A stretch of DNA of 64,000 bases from Eledone cirrhosa (GCA_964016885.1 OZ024747.1:51832001-51896000); one strand, 5' to 3'. Positions 26,377-40,102 are shown, counted from the stretch's first letter. The notes: generated by a model not told the origin, from the letters alone. Translations and numbers: made by a program.

Positions 26377-26726
26377 TAATATATATATAAATTAATTATT
26401 TCTGAAGACAGCATATATATATGTAGGTATGTATATTCCCTCTGATAGTTTGTAAAATTTTTACATAGATTTATATGATATACATACCAACACACACATA
26501 TATATCCTAGAAACGATCGTAAAATGATGAATTTTTTAATATAAGGAACTGTTTCTTTGTTTATATTCATTATTTTTATTAATTTATCTTGACTCTGTTT
26601 TCCTGTGTTTTTCATCAAAAAAATGTTGAATACATCTTCTCTTTTCATGATATTTGGATTACATTGAGTTCTTCATACGGATTGGACACTACCGTATATT
26701 TTGGTAGATTTATCTACATATATATA

Positions 26727-26826
<100 letters not shown>

Positions 26827-26992
26827 ATGTAAGTATGTATGTATGTATGTATGCATGTATGTATGTATATGCATATATATATATGTGTGTGAAAAAGAAA
26901 TAACATGGACAACAGACCGATTCATACCATTTCCATCAAATAGTCTCATCACAGAATTTGGATATATTTCTCTCACCTCCTTTGTCAAACAC

Positions 26993-27065
<73 letters not shown>

Positions 27066-27534
27066 CTCCATCAGCAGACATAAGGGAGCCAATTATACAC
27101 TTAAATTCTCCACCTCCAGGATCTTCTCTATAAGCCGGACTACTTCGCTGCTCTATTCACACATCTTGCCCTTTCTTGATGAAGAACTAACGTCCGATAT
27201 GTTGAAACATGTATTTATCTTCTTCTCCAAACGTGAAGCTAATAAGATTCTACTTTTGGATCCTTGTATTGTTCTTGTTATATTTTAATTACACATATAT
27301 ATACATACACAGCGATAGAGAGAGAAGAAGAACGAGATAGACAAATAGATAAATAAATACGTATATGTAATTTGGGCAGAAAATTACTGCGGCGAATTTG
27401 TGTTTGAATTTTTCAACGTTTCCAAATTTCAAATCATTCAGACGCTTCGATAAAGCGTACGATTCCTTTATTTCCTGCTCTAACCACCAAAAACTATTAT
27501 ATATACTTTCGAATTTGGACAGAAAATGTTGCCA

Positions 27535-27782
27535 GTGGAGTCTTCTGGTGTCCTTAGCCCTAAGATCACCTTCCTATTCACCACCATCGGCACGGAGTTG
27601 GCTACCCACAGGTGTGAGCCTCGCGAACTGGGATGCCACTTCCAACGCGTCTCCGTCACCACCCTCTGAGGAAACACCTTCTCTATTCTGTCTGCCGGGG
27701 TTGATGGGTGGCCAATGTACTGACCCCCATTTGCTTATAATATTGAGAGATAGCGAGAGCGAGGGAGACGGAGGTAGTGAGT
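27535..27782 (+). mobile_element. CRE-clade non-LTR retrotransposon 3' fragment
   Basis: VESSGVLSPKITFLFTTIGTELATHRCEPRELGCHFQRVSVTTL*GNTFSILSAG. It shares a 3' UTR with 17285-17512. Confidence 0.65.
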
Positions 27783-28246
27783 GAACAAGAGAGAACATCA
27801 CCACTCATTTACTCAACCATTCAGGATATATTATGTAAGAACTTTTGTTAAATTCGCTGACAGTTTGCGTAGTGATTAACGCCCTTGGCCAAAATTCAAG
27901 AAATATGGAGTTCGATTCTCTGCAGTGGCAGCTGAACACTTATTTGTCTGTCTCTAGGGATGGTTTACTCGGTTTTCTGACGCTTGTATTACTGAAGCGA
28001 CATTGTCTTTCGATTTCAACTTTAAAGAATTCGTGTAAAGTACAGCTGGAGACAGACAACTTGGAGCAGTGCGGTTCTTTACAGACTTTTCTCTAACATT
28101 ATTTATAGCAATCTTCTATATTATTATTATGGTCCTTTGCATATGTGAGTGAGTGTATGTGTACGCCTGCCTACATAATTACAGATACTCATGTGAGTGT
28201 ATATACGTTCACTCGTATACGCATACATATTCGTTCATTTACACAT

Positions 28247-28300
<54 letters not shown>

Positions 28301-28306
28301 GCATAC

Positions 28307-28370
<64 letters not shown>

Positions 28371-29131
28371 TAATATATATATATATATATATATACATAT
28401 ACACCACATAAATAAAACAGACGACTATGGCGGCGAATGAAAGCTAGTAAAGTTTGGAAAATAAACCGGAAATGAGGTTGTAGGCCTGATGTTAAAGGTC
28501 GTTTAGAAATGAGGCGGCTGGTTGTGGACATTTGGATAGTAAAGAATTTAGATGAAGATATAAAGTTAGTTAAGTTATTGGTCAAGCCTGAATAAAAGGG
28601 TTGGTGAATGGTGTAGGGTTCTGGAGATCAGAACAAGGGACTGTACTTTGGCATAGACAATAAACAATAAAACATTCCAAGTACTTTCTTAATCCATCCA
28701 TTTTTTTATCCCTCCATATTTTATTTCATTTTTATTCCTTTTTGTTCCTTTATTCTTTATTTATATATTTATTTCTTGTCCATTTATTTATTTATCGTTA
28801 TTTTCATTGCATATTTCATTGTTGTTGTAGCTATTCCTGCTGTTGTTGGTTTTGTGATTGCCGTTATTGTTGTCTCTGTTCATGGCATATTGTTTTATGT
28901 TAATATTTTTGTCTCTTTTTGGAGACAGCTTTTGTCCTATTAGTGATTCCATAAAAGGAGTGGACGGACCTAATCCAGAGATAATAAATTGCTCACCATC
29001 AGACACACCGTTAATATACACAAACAGACATATATGTAGACACAGGCTTATAAACTAGTTTACATATATATAACTACACATATTTATATTTTATTACATA
29101 TGAATACACACAGATACACATTTATAAATGC

Positions 29132-29173
<42 letters not shown>

Positions 29174-29311
29174 AGATAGATAGATGATAGATAGATAGAT
29201 AGATAGCTAGATAGATAGAAAGATAGGTAGAGAGAGAGAGGGATAAACAGATAGATAGATAGATGGATACATACTTATACGTACATACATATATATATGT
29301 GTGTGTGTGTG

Positions 29312-29547
<236 letters not shown>

Positions 29548-30037
29548 GGGGAGTGTATCCAGTCGCCAGCGTCACCTCTAACAGCTGCCCCCACGTGAAC
29601 ATTCCTGACTAACTAACCCCTTCTTCGCTTGGTTCCTGTCCCCTCTGACTGATTGCTTTCACTTTCACTTTCAACCTCACACCACCTTCCCTCACATCTT
29701 TCACTCAACACCACCACCACCACTACTACCACTGCTACCACCAATTCATACACCCCTACCCCTCTTCTATCTCGTAATCTAAATCATCCTACTATACTCT
29801 CTACATCACTCACAAATCATAAATTTCCTTCCCCTGCTGCTTCTCTTCTAGTTTGTCTTCACCATTTCCCCCAAAATAATGTCCACATCTACTCACACCC
29901 TAACTGCGGAGTCCTTCTGACCACTTTCTTTAAACGTAATTCTAAACACACACACACACACTCACACATACGCACACACTTATGTGTGTTCCTGTATATG
30001 TATATATATTTTTATATATATACATATATACATTTAT

Positions 30038-30099
<62 letters not shown>

Positions 30100-30113
30100 A
30101 TATATACACACGC

Positions 30114-30144
<31 letters not shown>

Positions 30145-30153
30145 TACACACGC

Positions 30154-30184
<31 letters not shown>

Positions 30185-30470
30185 TAAATATATATTCGTT
30201 GCAATCCTTTCACGTATTGTAACAAAAATGGATGAAAAATAGTTTGAGGGAATCTTCTCTCAACTTATCTTCGACATAAAAGGTCAAATTTCATGCCATC
30301 CTTTAGTTTCGAACGGCCACATTCACACGCATATACTGCATACATACGCAATGAATTTTTACAAAAATCCTGCATGCCTGGCTATCGGGTTTGTTATTAT
30401 ATGACATTGAAGACGAGTTTGCTTCTGCAAGGCACGATCTTGAGCAGGGTGTTTTCTGTAATGCATAGAA

Positions 30471-30616
30471 CAGGCATGGGCAAACGTTTCTGAGCAGTAG
30501 ACTGTATAGGATGCGGCTCATCATAAGACGGGCCACACTACTGAAGGATTCAAAGCAATATTAAAATTATGCGTGCCATTTAGAAAGCCAAACGGGCCGC
30601 AGTTTGCCCATGACTG
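30471..30616. mobile_element. hAT (Charlie-like) MITE
   Basis: 15-bp TIRs CAGGCATGGGCAAAC / GTTTGCCCATGACTG with one mismatch. The decayed 8-bp TSDs GCATAGAA / ACCTAGAT retain TAGA. Confidence 0.7.
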
Positions 30617-30847
30617 ACCTAGATTTAGCTATTCATGGAAGTGTCCACAATATTGTATTTTAAAAAAAGATTCCACCAATCACTAATGACCATGGTTTTG
30701 CGCCTAGAAAGTTTCCCTCCGAAGCACAAGCCTGGTCAAGGTTTGTTTGTGGAAGCCCAGCAGTCAGTCATGCATACCATTCTCCCCTCTCCACGCCACC
30801 GATGTTGTCCAAGGTAAAGGCAATAGCTGGTACAACTTGGCACCAGT

Positions 30848-30917
30848 GACCGTTACTTTTGGAAGACATCAGGATAGTATCCGGATACTATCCTGATGTC
30901 TTCCAAAAGTAACGGTC
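30848..30917. repeat. 70-bp perfect palindrome with no spacer
   Basis: GACCGTTACTTTTGGAAGACATCAGGATAGTATCC|GGATACTATCCTGATGTCTTCCAAAAGTAACGGTC. Confidence 0.95.
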
Positions 30918-30963
30918 GCATTTTGAAAGGGTACGTCAATGTTTATTTATAAAACTGGTATAT

Positions 30964-31027
30964 ATTGTATTTTGTCTGATGAAGGCATACCGTAATTTAA
31001 CTTGGTATCCTTGAAATATGTATAATG
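30964..31027 (+). ncRNA. Type I hammerhead-like motif
   Basis: CTGATGA-AGG cATACC..GGTAT CCT-t-GAAA-TATG-TA, followed by AATAAA. Stem I is weak. Confidence 0.6.
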
Positions 31028-31330
31028 AAATAAATATGGTTTTATAAATATAGTTTCCATTTGTTAATATCGTATATCTACTCCAAATACTTGTCGAGTG
31101 CTTTATATCAGTTATAAAAATATTTGCTTGTTGTATCCCAACAATTTAAATAGAACGTTTGCATATATATATAGTAATAATAATAAATGTGAAGACCAAA
31201 ATCAAAAGAGGGCTCGATATGGATAAATATATATCAAATATATAAGACACATAGACCAAATATTTATTAAAAGAAAATCCCGTTAAGGGTGAAAGCAGCG
31301 ATTCTTTGCTGCTTAAACTTTAACCTGTTA

Positions 31331-31420
<90 letters not shown>

Positions 31421-31520
31421 AGAGATGTCAACATGAATGGACTTGTTATTTTTATCTAAAGACATTTTCTTTCCAATTCCAACCTGACCGTCTCTTCTAT
31501 CTATCTTATTTCTCATTCTT

Positions 31521-31556
31521 TCTTCTAATGAAGGACTACCGTCCGAAACGTTAAGA
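31521..31556 (+). ncRNA. Minimal HHR, mutated (CTAATGA)
   Basis: TCTT-CTAATGA-a GGAC tacc GTCC-GAAA-CGTT-AAGA. Homologous to 37747-37780, with a decayed copy near 27175-27206. Confidence 0.6.
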
Positions 31557-32180
31557 CCCTCTTCCTGGTATTTCAAGCGTTAACCTAATATATTCCTTCC
31601 ATACACTGTACCGATTGTGTTGTTAATTTTGTTTCCCTTTTACATACATATATGTATATACACATATATATATATATATATATGTGTGTGTAAGTATGTA
31701 CACATACCAACCTACCACACAATTCACCTCTTACAACCCCCTATCCCCTTTTGAACTATTGACCACTAGATTAAACAATACAGTCACAGCATATTTTTCA
31801 CATCAACAGCCTCCGCCCTTACAAGTAAACAATTTGTTCTCATTTCCAACCAACTTTTCAAGAAGCATGATGGAAGAAAAATTACTCAAACATTCGATTT
31901 TGATTTTAATTTTAAACCTTTTTTTTTTTATTCCTATCAACTCTTTTTAATTAACTTTTTACACTGCATTTGACAAGATGGATTTTAATACACCGAAACC
32001 GGTAAATTTCTCATATACTTTATATACTTCATAGACAAATTTTTAAAAAAAGAATTGTCCCTCTCTTTTTTTATATAACACTAACTTTTCAATAATGTCA
32101 CTTTGACGTATCAAAAATGAAAAACAGACCCATAAATATATCCCCCGTGCTATTTCCAACTTCATCTTTTCTCTCGCTCA

Positions 32181-32272
<92 letters not shown>

Positions 32273-32869
32273 ATATATATATATATATATATATATGCAT
32301 ATATATATATATGCATATATATATATAATATGCAATTTGAACATCGTTATGTGTATAAGTTGATAAAGTAAACTAATGCATATCTCTCTCCCTCTCTCTC
32401 TCTCTTTCTCTCTCTCTCTATATATATATAATTATATATATACATATACATATATATATATATATATACATTGTATATATATACATATATATATACATTG
32501 TATATATATACATACATATATATAATTATTTTTGTATGATAACAGCAGGAGCTATTTCCTCACCAATTCGTGAGTTATGAAATTATTCTGTTGTTTTAAC
32601 CCCCAAAGACTTAAACTTAACAGATCTCATGATATATTTGTAAGAGCCTAAATACATTCTGAAATATATGCACATGTTTTCTAGCTTTTTAGAATACATA
32701 AACGTTGCTATATGAATATGGTGAGAAATATGTGTATAGTATGGGTGAAAAATACGTTTAAATTTAAATATTCTTATACTCAAAGGAGGTACATCTATCG
32801 CTGATATCTGTACAATTATACATATATACATTATCTATATACATATATACATTATATTTAAAAATATAA

Positions 32870-32948
<79 letters not shown>

Positions 32949-33086
32949 TGTATATATATATAGATTTGTGTGTGAAAATATAGTTAAGGAAAAGACAAAA
33001 AGCAATCACATATATAGAGGGTCGATACATGCATAGATAGATAGATACACATATATATATATACACACACACATATATTTATAAAT

Positions 33087-33177
<91 letters not shown>

Positions 33178-33434
33178 GCCTACATTCCGCGGGTTCACAT
33201 ACATTCTCTGTGCGTGATTTGGCTCAGCTCAGCCAATCAGCGCCAGTAGAAGAGGATGTATCCCTACGCGCCCTGAGGGAGAAATTCCCAGCGAAGATTT
33301 GAAGAATCTCTCTCTCGTACCCGGAACTTCGAACCAGCAACACGTACAACATGTGACGGTGAGATTTTGCACTCTGGCCTGCCGGCTTTCCGGCACAATG
33401 TCACATTCCCTCTTGTAACCTCATTTTATGTGTA

Positions 33435-33610
33435 GGCAGTATCAGTAGAGGGTCGGACGCCATGCTTTCCAGCATAGTTACGTCCCTTTACGATCTGAGT
33501 TCAAATCCCGCCGAGGTTGACTTTGCCTTTCATCCTTACGGGGTCGATAAAATAAAGTACCAGTAATGCACTGGGTAATTGCTGGCCTTGTGCCTAAAGT
33601 AGAAACAATT
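33435..33610 (+). mobile_element. Nin/Deu-domain SINE inserted in the 5' LTR
   Basis: Matches the SINE consensus and is absent from the 3' LTR. Confidence 0.9.
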
Positions 33611-33720
33611 ATTTGTGCTACAACAAAAATAAACATATATTTCATCTCTAATTTCTGCTGTTGACATCATTATTATGTTACTCGCGTCTCAATAACATTT
33701 ATATACTATGCTGCTAAAAG

Positions 33721-33738
33721 TGGTGACCCCGACGTGAT
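33721..33738 (+). promoter_or_regulatory. Primer-binding site complementary to the tRNA-Trp 3' end
   Basis: TGGTGACCCCGACGTGAT is the reverse complement of ATCACGTCGGGGTCACCA, the metazoan tRNA-Trp 3' end, and lies a few nt after the LTR. Confidence 0.88.
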
Positions 33739-35482
33739 GAATATTTTCAGTTCAAAATATTCCTTTTGAAATGAGATTAAAATTGGCAGTGTATAAAATT
33801 TACGCCACGAGGAAATTTCAAAACGGCTACCACCAAGTACTTCTCTACTATCAGCCATCAGCAGCAACACATGGCTAACTACTAACCAACACCAGGGATT
33901 GGCGATGTGGTAGCTTGTAGCTTTACCGACGCAACCACCATACCTTCTGTCTCGTTACCCACAAGGACTGGAGAAATTAAGACATCAGTCTTCTCACCAC
34001 TATGGCGTCAGACGTGGCTGCCATATTGGTGACTCTAGGTTCTTCAACGCTCGACTTCGACTCTACAGAAGATTCATTGTGACTTTGCTTTAACAACAAC
34101 AACAACTCTACTAGTTCCCTAGTAAGAGCGATACCAAAGAAATTTCAAAGAAAAGAAAAGAAACAATTCTTTCTTTCTTCCTTTTTTTTTCAGGCATTTA
34201 TTTTGGACATTTATTTTTTTTAAACTGTATTATATGGAAATTCATTTGTTTCTATCATTGTATATATGACTGCATCATTTTCTTTATCATTGTATATATG
34301 ACTGCACCCACACATTTATTTGCTGTATTACATGCCTGCATATGCACACATTTCTTTGTCACCCACCAACATGTTGTTCTTAGTATATGTTCTTCAAACG
34401 TAATATTCTGCGAGATCCCTTTTTACCTGGGTGAGGTGCCGTCACATGCTAGCGACTCATAGAGCTTAATTCACCTGGATTCAAACAGGCACCGCAACAC
34501 GAGAATGCTAATTGCAGCTGAACTCAAACAGTTTCGCATCTCGTTGCACACTCATCGTCCTTAACAACCTCCATCTTGTTAGCTTACTGGGAAACAACAA
34601 ATAGAACTGGACTTGTCAGCATTTCCACCACTTCTGTTGATTCGCCGGAATTATGGAATTTACACTGCAACTGCTACCCACCTACAGATTCAACTTGCTT
34701 TTTTCTTTTCAAAGCAACCAGCCATTTTTTCCTGGCTCCCTAGCACATTCGGCAATACATCTGGGAGGCCAACATTTTCTCGCCTACCCATCATCTTCTT
34801 GCCAGCACTGGTAAACTACCATAATAGCTTCATCCACAGCTACTGGTACAACATTTACCATTAACATTTAATGCAAGAACAGCAACTTCACCCATGTCAG
34901 ACTTTATCCGTTTTCTGTTAGACCTTTGGTGGTCATGTATAAACTACAAAACAGCTAGTCATTTGACACAGCGGCTCAACACGGCCCTTAGCGCCTCATT
35001 TTTTTTCTAGCATGCATCCTTCTGCTCAATTATTTTTTCGCTGATGTGCTCTTTCAGCATTTTTTCTTGTTGATTCAATAATCTGTATCGTCTTCCATCT
35101 AGCCGCGGGCTCACATATATTCTCTGTGCGTGATTTGGCTCAGCTCAGCCAATCAGCGCCAGTAGAAGAGGATGTATCCTTACGCGCCCTGAGGGAGAAA
35201 TTCTCCGCGAAGATTTGAAGAATCTCTCTCTCGCACCCGGAACTTCGAACCAGCAACACGTACAACATGTGACGGTGAGATTTTGCACTTTGGCCTGGCG
35301 GCTTTCCGGCACAATGGCACATTCCCTTTTGTAACCTCATTTTATGTGTAACTTCAACCATACAAGTTAACAAACATTATTTGTGCTACAACAAAAATAA
35401 ACATACATTTCATCTCTAATTTCTGCTGTTGACATCATTATTATGTTACTCGTGTCTCAATAACATGTATATACTATGCTGC

Positions 35483-35517
<35 letters not shown>

Positions 35518-35856
35518 TATTGGAATTGGTGCTCTGATATAGCGCTGTATACATGAATGTATGTATAGTATATTTGGTAACATACCGTATGTTACCGAAA
35601 AGAAGTAAGTGACATAGTCATTACTTTAAAACTGATAGCGTATGGTCTTCTAAAGGTTTTTTTAAATTAAACATACGGTATATTACCAAATATACTATAC
35701 ATACATTAATGTATACATCGCTATTTCAGAACACAAATCCTAATACCTAATTTTTGCTGGACCAGCAATCGCTCTGTATAATCAGCTCCTGATTATTACT
35801 GGAATTCTATAATAATTCAGCTTCTATAATATTCGGCGGAATCAGGGGAGTACGTG

Positions 35857-35896
35857 GCTCTGATGATCGCCAAACAGCGTGAAACTGACTGTTAGC
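35857..35896 (+). ncRNA. Type I hammerhead-like motif within element 35517-36025
   Basis: GCT-CTGATGA-t CGC caaaca GCG t-GAAA-C tgact G-TT-AGC. The host element has direct repeats at about 35595-35705 and 35913-36022, plus a 5' inversion. Confidence 0.62.
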
Positions 35897-36233
35897 ATCT
35901 CTTCTTTCTTTCGCCGAAAAGAAGTAAGTGACATAGTCACTACTTTAAAACCGATAGCGTATAGTCTTCTAAATGTTTTTTTATTAAACATACGGCATAT
36001 TGCCAAATATACTATACATACATTTATATATATATATATATATATATATACAGAGAGAGAGAGAGAGAGAGAGTGTGTGTGTGTGTGTGTGTGAGAGAGA
36101 TGTGTGTATGTATCTATGTATGCATATGTGTTTGTCTGTGTGGGATTGTATGAAACGGTGGGAAAATTCGACATTAAAAATGTGAGCGTGCCAAATGCAT
36201 AATACGATTCAATGACAGTCGGTCACTATAAAT

Positions 36234-36395
36234 AATTGTTTCTACTTTAGGCACAAGGACAGCAATTACCCAGTGCATTACTGGTACTTTATTTTATAGA
36301 TCCCCCTCGGCGGGATTTGAACTCAGAATGTAAATGGACGTAACTATGCTAGAAAGCATGGCGTCCGACCCTCTACCGATACCGCCAACTCACCA
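36234..36395 (-). mobile_element. Nin/Deu-domain SINE (internally deleted) with 18-bp TSD
   Basis: TSD TCGGTCACTATAAATAAT at 36219-36236 and 36396-36413. Confidence 0.88.
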
Positions 36396-36412
36396 TCGGT
36401 CACTATAAATAA

Positions 36413-37391
36413 TCTATATATATAAAACTGTGGTTGTCTGTCTGTCTATCGATCTTTGGCACACATCTCCTCTTAGAATCTCTCACGGAATTGCACCGAA
36501 ATTGCTATACTTGTACATTGAGCCCTAGCGAAGACATCGGAAAAAGAAAATTTCAAATTGACCCACCCTATGTGACGAAATCGAATATAATGTATCGATT
36601 TTTGAGCGTAAGTTATCAGTTATTTCCCTTTGTTCTGTTTACATTGAGCGTCTTACGTAAAAAATTACGCTGGCTTTCTCAGCGTTTAAAATGACATTAA
36701 CACAACACACGAACAGTTGAACACTAAGCTTCCGTTTTGCTTCATTTCCATTTAAAAGCATTTTAAAACAATATTTTTACTTGAAAACAAGTCTATTTAA
36801 AGACTACGTAAAACAAGCAAATATTTCGTCGTTAGGCGTGCAGACAGATAGTCGTGCAGATAGACAGTCGTGCAGAGAGGTGATATACGCGTGCAGACAG
36901 ACAGTCGTGCAGAGAGGTGATATAGGCGTGCAGACAGACAGTCGTGCAGAGAGGTGATATAGGCGTGTAGACAGATAGTCGTGCAGAGGTGATATAGGCG
37001 TGCAGACAGACAGTCGTGCAGAGAGGTGATATAGGCGTGCAGACAGACAGTCGTGCAGAGAGGTGATATAGGCGTGCAGACAGACATAACTGATAATTTG
37101 GTTACGCTAATGTTTTTCTCTGCGTTGCAGTGTTTACATTTTCGATCTTTGTTAATAAATAACCAATGCAGTTTCTATCCCCAGCATCCTCTTTTGTTAT
37201 AACATCCGGGTTATCGTTATGTTTTCTTAACTTCATAAGGCATATTGTTGGTTGAGGGAATATTAATCAAAAACACCACATGCAAGTCTGCACAGTAGAC
37301 ACTACAGTTTTTAAGCCAAGAAAGAAACTTAACATTGTAACTTTAACACAGCTACTGAGCGACCCCGAGCAACGCCGGGCTTTACTGCTAG
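36413..37391 (+). mobile_element. Non-autonomous Helitron
   Basis: A|TCTATATATATAAAACTG 5' end. The 3' hairpin CCCGAGCAACGCCGGG is followed by CTAG|T. There is no TSD, and the termini are shared with 43340-44141. Confidence 0.85.
36834..37087 (+). repeat. 37-bp minisatellite inside the Helitron
   Basis: About 7 units of AGGCGTGCAGACAGACAGTCGTGCAGAGAGGTGATAT. Confidence 0.92.
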
Positions 37392-37572
37392 TAGTTGATA
37401 AAGTAGAAAAAAATATCTTTGGAAAGAAAGCATGTGGACATGTGAAAGAAAAATGTGGACAATTCGCTTATGTCCATTTTCTTGCATTTTAAGTGTAATT
37501 TATAGGATTTTGTCAAATATATTTTACAGTAACCCAGTATTCTCTCTGCGTTTGAAACGGTTACAAATATAA

Positions 37573-37664
<92 letters not shown>

Positions 37665-37746
37665 GGTAAACAGAAATAACAACACAATCGGTACAGTATA
37701 TGGCAAGTATATATTAGGTTAACGCTTGATATAGCAGGAAGAGGGC

Positions 37747-37780
37747 CTTAACGTTTCGGACGCTAGTCCTTCATCAGAAG
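37747..37780 (-). ncRNA. Minimal type I hammerhead ribozyme with intact core
   Basis: CTT-CTGATGA-a GGAC tagc GTCC-GAAA-CGTT-AAG, with palindromic AACGTT in place of a stable stem III. Confidence 0.72.
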
Positions 37781-38189
37781 AAAGAATGAGAAATAAAATA
37801 GATTAAGGGGACGGGCAGGTTGGAATTGATATAACACAAGTAAGGGCCGAAAAGTTCGCTTGAGTTGTGTTTCCTTTCTGAAGACCTTCTGCTGTCAAGC
37901 TCTCCTGGGAATTTCTTACCACAACAGGTTGTATGCAATACCTACAATCACAGGTATCTGTAGATTGATGTGCATACTTACACAGACACACACACACCTT
38001 AATATATATATTAAGGTTAATGACAATCGACCGCTCTCTGATAGGTTTGTGGTTGAGACTGTGATAAGGAAGACTTCAACCATTCTTGGACCCGGACCAC
38101 ACCCCTGCTTACATCTATAGATCACCGGAGAGGTTCACCTGACCAGCATCCTGTGATTATCGCTGTAGTTACATAATATCTATACTTAC

Positions 38190-38420
38190 CATGTCTAGAT
38201 GTTAGTAGTAATGTATTTCTGAGCCGTGATGATCTTCCGCCCAACATCACTTGATTGTCGTTTAAGTGAAATATCTATTGGCATTAATTCTGAAAAAGTT
38301 ATCAGTACTACACTTCCCAAATGTAGTCATCCTGGCAATCGCCCTCACTGAAGTTCCTTTGCTCAATCCCGAGCGAATATCGATTTGTTTCAATGGAAGA
38401 CTTTTTAATCGAAATTACAT
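38190..38420 (-). mobile_element. Possible decayed Tc1/mariner transposase N-terminus
   Basis: Minus-strand translation IDIRSGLSKGTSVRAIARMTTFGKCST resembles the first HTH of Tc1-type transposases. No TIR or DDE motif was found. Confidence 0.3.
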
Positions 38421-38888
38421 GTCCACCATGCTCTCTCCCATAGTTTCACCTGTACAATCAAGAAGCTACTGAGTGTTATTTTTTTGTCAAACGTAAGCTT
38501 ATGTTTGGTCCAGGAAACTTGTCTTTGGTCCACATATGTGGCTAAACTTTATAAATAAAGACAATTCTCTTCAGTGCCAGTTGGAGTGCTGAAGGGAAGG
38601 GGTGAAACCTTTCTTGGTCCTACTGGAATTCGTCTCCAATATTTTTCAAAAAATCTACAACAATTATTAATAATGTAATATCAATAATGTACAGATTACC
38701 GTATGTATATATATATTGTATCTGTATCATTTTTGACCGTCGGTCAGTCAATGGCAACATTGAGGACCGAGTAAGTTAGATTACCGATATAAAAGACACA
38801 GAAGCGAGAAGCGAAAACCAACCAAACAGTGAGTGTGTTCTGTTATTAATTCTGGCAATATTACACAAATATGACCCTGCCCAAGTAT

Positions 38889-38984
<96 letters not shown>

Positions 38985-39007
38985 AATTTATATATATATA
39001 TATATAA

Positions 39008-39038
<31 letters not shown>

Positions 39039-39650
39039 ATCATTCACCTGCATACATACCTACATTAAGCCGGTCGTAGTATCTACTACCACTTTGAGTT
39101 AGTGAGAGCGATAAAGGTAAGCCCGATTTAAGTTCCAGCTTAACATCTTTGTAAGTGGATAAAGAGGTGATAATCACTTCATCACTATATCTGCTGGAAC
39201 ATCCTTTATCTCAGCTTTACGTTCTGTAACATGATAAGATATCTATACATACATACCCTCTCTCTCACACACACACATACACACACACACACACACCCAC
39301 ATATATATATATGTATGTATATACCCACGTGTATATATAACCCATACATCTTTTCCATTGCTACTTAATCTAATACATTTCCTTCTGTTTCATATATTCC
39401 CAAGGCTTTCGACGTCATGTTCCACCGTATTACTTTTAGATATATCGCTAAATATTGTGTGTTTGTGAGTGTGTGTGTGTCTGTGTGTTGTGTATGTGTT
39501 GTGTGTGTCAGTATGTTTGTGTGCTCATGCCTGTGCGTGTTTGCGTGTGTCTGAATATTTTTTTTATTGTTTTACTAGTTTTAGTCGGTTATATCGTCCC
39601 AAGTATTGTCTTAAAATCAGGTATATATTTCATCCACACACACACATACG

Positions 39651-39700
<50 letters not shown>

Positions 39701-39706
<6 letters not shown>

Positions 39707-40102
39707 TAAGAGGAATTCCAGCTTTGTCTGATTTACTCGTTTTATTTACACTCCTTTAAAATTTATAATGGTATTATAATGAAATAGTATGATAGAATAT
39801 TAAATGTTAAGTATTAATTGAACAAGTACTTTCATGCTTTCGCAATCTTCAGGTTCATAATGTGTGGTGACAGTCAAGTTTGCAATTTTCAACTATGAAC
39901 ATTTTCAACAGTTGAAAATTGCAAACTTGACTGTCACCACATATTATGAACCTGAAGATTGCGAAAGCATGAAAGTACTTGTTCAATTAACACTTAACAT
40001 TTAATATTCTATCATACTATTTCATTATAATACCATTATAAATTTTAAAGGATTGTAAATAAAACGAGTAAATCAGACAAAGTTGGAATTCCTCTTATTA
40101 AT
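39701..40102. mobile_element. Fold-back element with about 193-bp arms, each carrying an HHR
   Basis: Arms at 39701-39894 and 39910-40102 have few mismatches; the left end abuts (TA)n. Confidence 0.9.
39947..39985 (+). ncRNA. Minimal type I hammerhead ribozyme (mirror copy at 39819-39857, minus strand)
   Basis: TGAAC-CTGAAGA-t TGC gaaa GCA t-GAAA-GTAC-TT-GTTCA, with palindromic AAGTACTT. Confidence 0.8.

Larger units (their letters stand above)
33171..35486 (+). mobile_element. Non-autonomous or deleted LTR retrotransposon (Gypsy-like) in (TA)n
   Basis: LTRs at about 33171-33718 (interrupted by a SINE) and about 35103-35486 are highly similar. A PBS follows the 5' LTR. The interior is about 1.4 kb with no intact ORF. 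Confidence 0.88.

Noticed and set aside
36834-37087. 37-bp repeats as a possible CRISPR array
   Set aside because: The units are head-to-tail with no unique spacers, there are no cas genes, and the context is eukaryotic.
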